Shown here piece after piece: positions 61,101 through 64,000 of a stretch of DNA of 64,000 nucleotides (position 1 is the stretch's first letter; the number at the start of each line of letters is the position of its first letter). The DNA comes from Auanema rhodensis. Taxonomy: Eukaryota > Animalia > Nematoda. Below the pieces are notes generated by a model, which was not told the origin of the DNA, searched no databases, and was given only the letters and a program-made list of their open reading frames with translations. The position numbers and the translations under genes are program-made. The stretch lies in assembly GCA_964057225.1 (NCBI GenBank), contig OZ059896.1, positions 11,904,001 to 11,968,000 on the forward strand, read 5' to 3'.

Positions 61101-64000
61101 ATTCATAGGGAAGTGTGACAGCGTAGCCAGACTAGGGTTAACAAATACAACAACCTTAGCCAACGATATGCACCAACACAGAGTAATAACATTAATAGAC
61201 TCTGGAGCTCAGAAATCTCTAATACTCATAAATACAGCAAAAAAATTAGGGCTGAAACCCATGAAAGTGGAACCCATCCTACTAACAGGTTTTGAAAATA
61301 AAAAACCAATAAAAGTAGACACAGCGTATCACATACGATTAGGTCCAAGGCAGCAAAAAATCACGTGTCTGGGATTAGAAAAAATTGTAGGAGTATTAGA
61401 ATTACCCAAATTATCCATATCGGATAGAGATACAATACGAGCACTAGGATTATCGTTAGAAAACATTCCTTGTGGAAACGTAACACCCGACATTCTAGTA
61501 GGCATTGACTTCATGTGGGAGATATGGGGAAACCAACCTCCAATAAGGTTGACGTCAGGTCTACACCTGATAAGAACTGAATTGGGTCCTATAGTTTCAG
61601 GAACAACGTACCCAACCCCTACAGTAAACACAAGAACTAAACGAATTCTAACAACATTCGAAGAACTAGCGCCACATGTTCATATAAATACAACAACTGA
61701 TGATGTAGCTTGGAAAAAGTTTTTTTCAACGGTAAAAGTCGATGCAAAGACAAAACGAGTTCAAGTGAGTCTACCGTTCAAGAATGACCCAAAAGAATTG
61801 GACTCAAACTATGCTCAAGCGGCGATAAGGCTGAAATCACTGTTCAAGGGGTTCTCAGGCAAAGAAAAATGGAACTTGTATAAGAAAACGATCAATGAGC
61901 AATTAGCGTCAGGGATTTTAGAAAAAGTACCGTATGCACAGTACCGTACTGAAAGACCACACTACTTCATCCCACATACGGCAGTAATAAAAGAAACAAG
62001 CCGAACGACTAAACTCAGAATCGTATTAGACGCGAGTTCACACGGAAAAAACTTATTGTCGTTGAACGATATGCTGATGCCAGGCCCAGCAATATTACCT
62101 GACCTCAGAAGATTACTTGTGCATGTGAGAGCACACAAATACATCATCACAGCCGACATTGAGAATTCTTACAACAAGGACCAACGTCCAGAAGAAAGGC
62201 AATGAGCATCTTAGCGACAGCATTCGACCCACTCGGGTTCTGGGCACCAGTAACGCTGGACATAAGAATAAAAATGAATCAGATATGGCCTTCTGACAAA
62301 TCATATGACTACATTCCACCAGAAGTAGAAAGCGAAAAATGGCTCAGAACGACCCATACATATTATGACATCATGAAGAAAAACCATATACCACGACAAT
62401 GTAATAATAAAACAGAAGATTGTTACATAGCGGCATTCTCAGATGCGTCATCATATGCGATAGGAGCAACCATCTATCTAGCGAATCAACAGGAATCACG
62501 ACTATTATCAGCAAAGTCGTTAACGTCACCTAAAGGCACGATACCTAGACTCGAACTAGTAAGCCTACTACTATCGATGAAAATAGTAAAAGATTATGTA
62601 GCGAATAATGCAAAAGAACGCAAGAAAATAGTGTTTTTTAGCGATTCTAAAACAACCTTACATTGGGTTCATTCACAAACATTAACAAATCAAGTGTTTG
62701 TGAACAACAGACTAAAAATGATAAAAGCCTTACACAAAGAATTATCAAAAACCCATGAGATAAGCTTCGGGTACGTCAAGTCCGAAGAAAACCCAGCAGA
62801 CATAGCATCCAGAGGTTGCTCAGCTACAGATCTGACCAAAAATCAACTATGGTGGGAAGGACCATTATGGTTGAAATCTACCGGTGAATTTTCATTTAGC
62901 GAGTCTCAACGAAAACCGTTAGAATTCATAACTACCATATAAACCACAACTGAAAGGTGGTTAGAAGCGGAAAAACAAAGCTCATCAATACGAAAGAACC
63001 GGCTAATAGCAAGAGGAATAACAGTAATAATGAGGAAAATCATAGCGAGCTTAAAAACCACAAAAACGAGAGCTAAAGAAATATTCCCATGGAGCGCGGA
63101 AGAAATACCTGAACCCGACGCTACAAACATAGTAATGCTATTACTACACCAAAAAGCCCATCAAACTTATTTTAATCAAAATAAATGGAAAAACCTTGAC
63201 ATAATATCGGATAGATACGGGATATTACGATATAGAGGAAGAGTTCAACAAAAGAAAATAGAAGATCAACATCTCCCAGCAATAATCAACGGGAAATCAA
63301 AGTTAGCCGAAAATATCATAAGGCAAATGCATGAAAGAAACATGCATGCGGGAAAAAACTTGGTATTAACGAGAGTCATGAAAGACTACTGGCCACTACC
63401 AGCAAGACAAACAGTACATAACGTGCTACAGAAATGCGTAAAATGTAAAAGATTCAATGGGCGACCGTTTAACTATCCCGAAAGTAAAACATTACCCGAC
63501 ATAAGAATAGAAAAATCAATACCGTTTACTAGAATAGGAATAGACGGTATGGGACCATTTATGATCAACTATCCAGGGCAAGAAAGCAACCCAAAGAAAT
63601 CATATATCTTACTCATAACATGCTTAACGACAAGAGCGATACATTTAGAATGTCTATTAGACAATTCAGCTGCAGAAATGTCATTAGCATTAAGAAGGAC
63701 CTTTGCAAGATTCAGAGTCCCAGAAATAATACTATTGGACAATGCACAAACACATAAAAGTGTCCAAAAATTATTTGATGACATGAAAGAGTTAAAACAC
63801 CCCTTATCCTATCTAATGAAAACAATGGCGATCAAATGGAGATGGATCACGCCTCACTCACCTTGGCAAGGAGGAGTGTATGAAAGATTAGTAGGAATAG
63901 TAAAGTCTTGTTTAAACAAGATAATAGGGAATTGGAAGAGAACAATCCCCATCCGAACCATGGAAACCCTCATCCAAGAGGTTTCTAGAATTGTCAAAAT
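61100..64000 (+). pseudogene. pol: B3 pol (RT core deleted near 62165; frameshift near 62940)
   Basis: IDSGA, KLRIVLDAS, FDPLG, FSDAS, NPADIASRG, H...HAG..C..C, PWQGGVYERLV. Confidence 0.9.

Larger units (their letters stand above)
59036..64000 (+). mobile_element. BEL/Pao family B3, defective, runs off the right edge; 5' LTR (~59036-59208) and PBS (59209) tentative
   Basis: TATA and AATAAA then TGGTGC; gag-PR-RT-RH-IN order. Confidence 0.85.

Noticed and set aside
8311-62319. Many 60-175 aa ORFs antisense or out of frame to gag/pol/env/transposase
   Set aside because: Shadow ORFs caused by the strand-biased composition of the real coding frames

Overview
AT-rich eukaryotic, almost certainly nematode, transposon-dense region (40-55 nt GT..TTTCAG/TTTTAG introns, tRNA-Pro/Gly primer sites, phlebovirus-like env). 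I found no ordinary host gene. The backbone is made of rearranged Maverick/Polinton pieces: AGTAG-initiated TIR ends, integrase-chromodomain, pPolB exonuclease fragments, major capsid protein, small spliced accessory genes, a 167-bp satellite and a ~4.16-kb tandem amplification. Nested into it are two Gypsy LTR families, three BEL/Pao LTR families (one with a phlebovirus-like Gn/Gc env, complete with LTRs and TSD) and a Tc1 element. The most unusual structures are (1) a ~450-codon intronless orphan reading frame held between two outward-facing tRNA-Gly primer-binding sites, with a 13-nt SL1 match at its 5' end (candidate retro-captured viral or cargo insert); (2) a spliced Maverick gene with a conserved D-box, CDK sites and a Cys cluster; (3) a derived 63-bp-stem hairpin over a Maverick start codon, present in three copies; and (4) pervasive sense/antisense inversions that could make the locus a dsRNA source. 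All family assignments come from motif recognition by eye; no database search was run.
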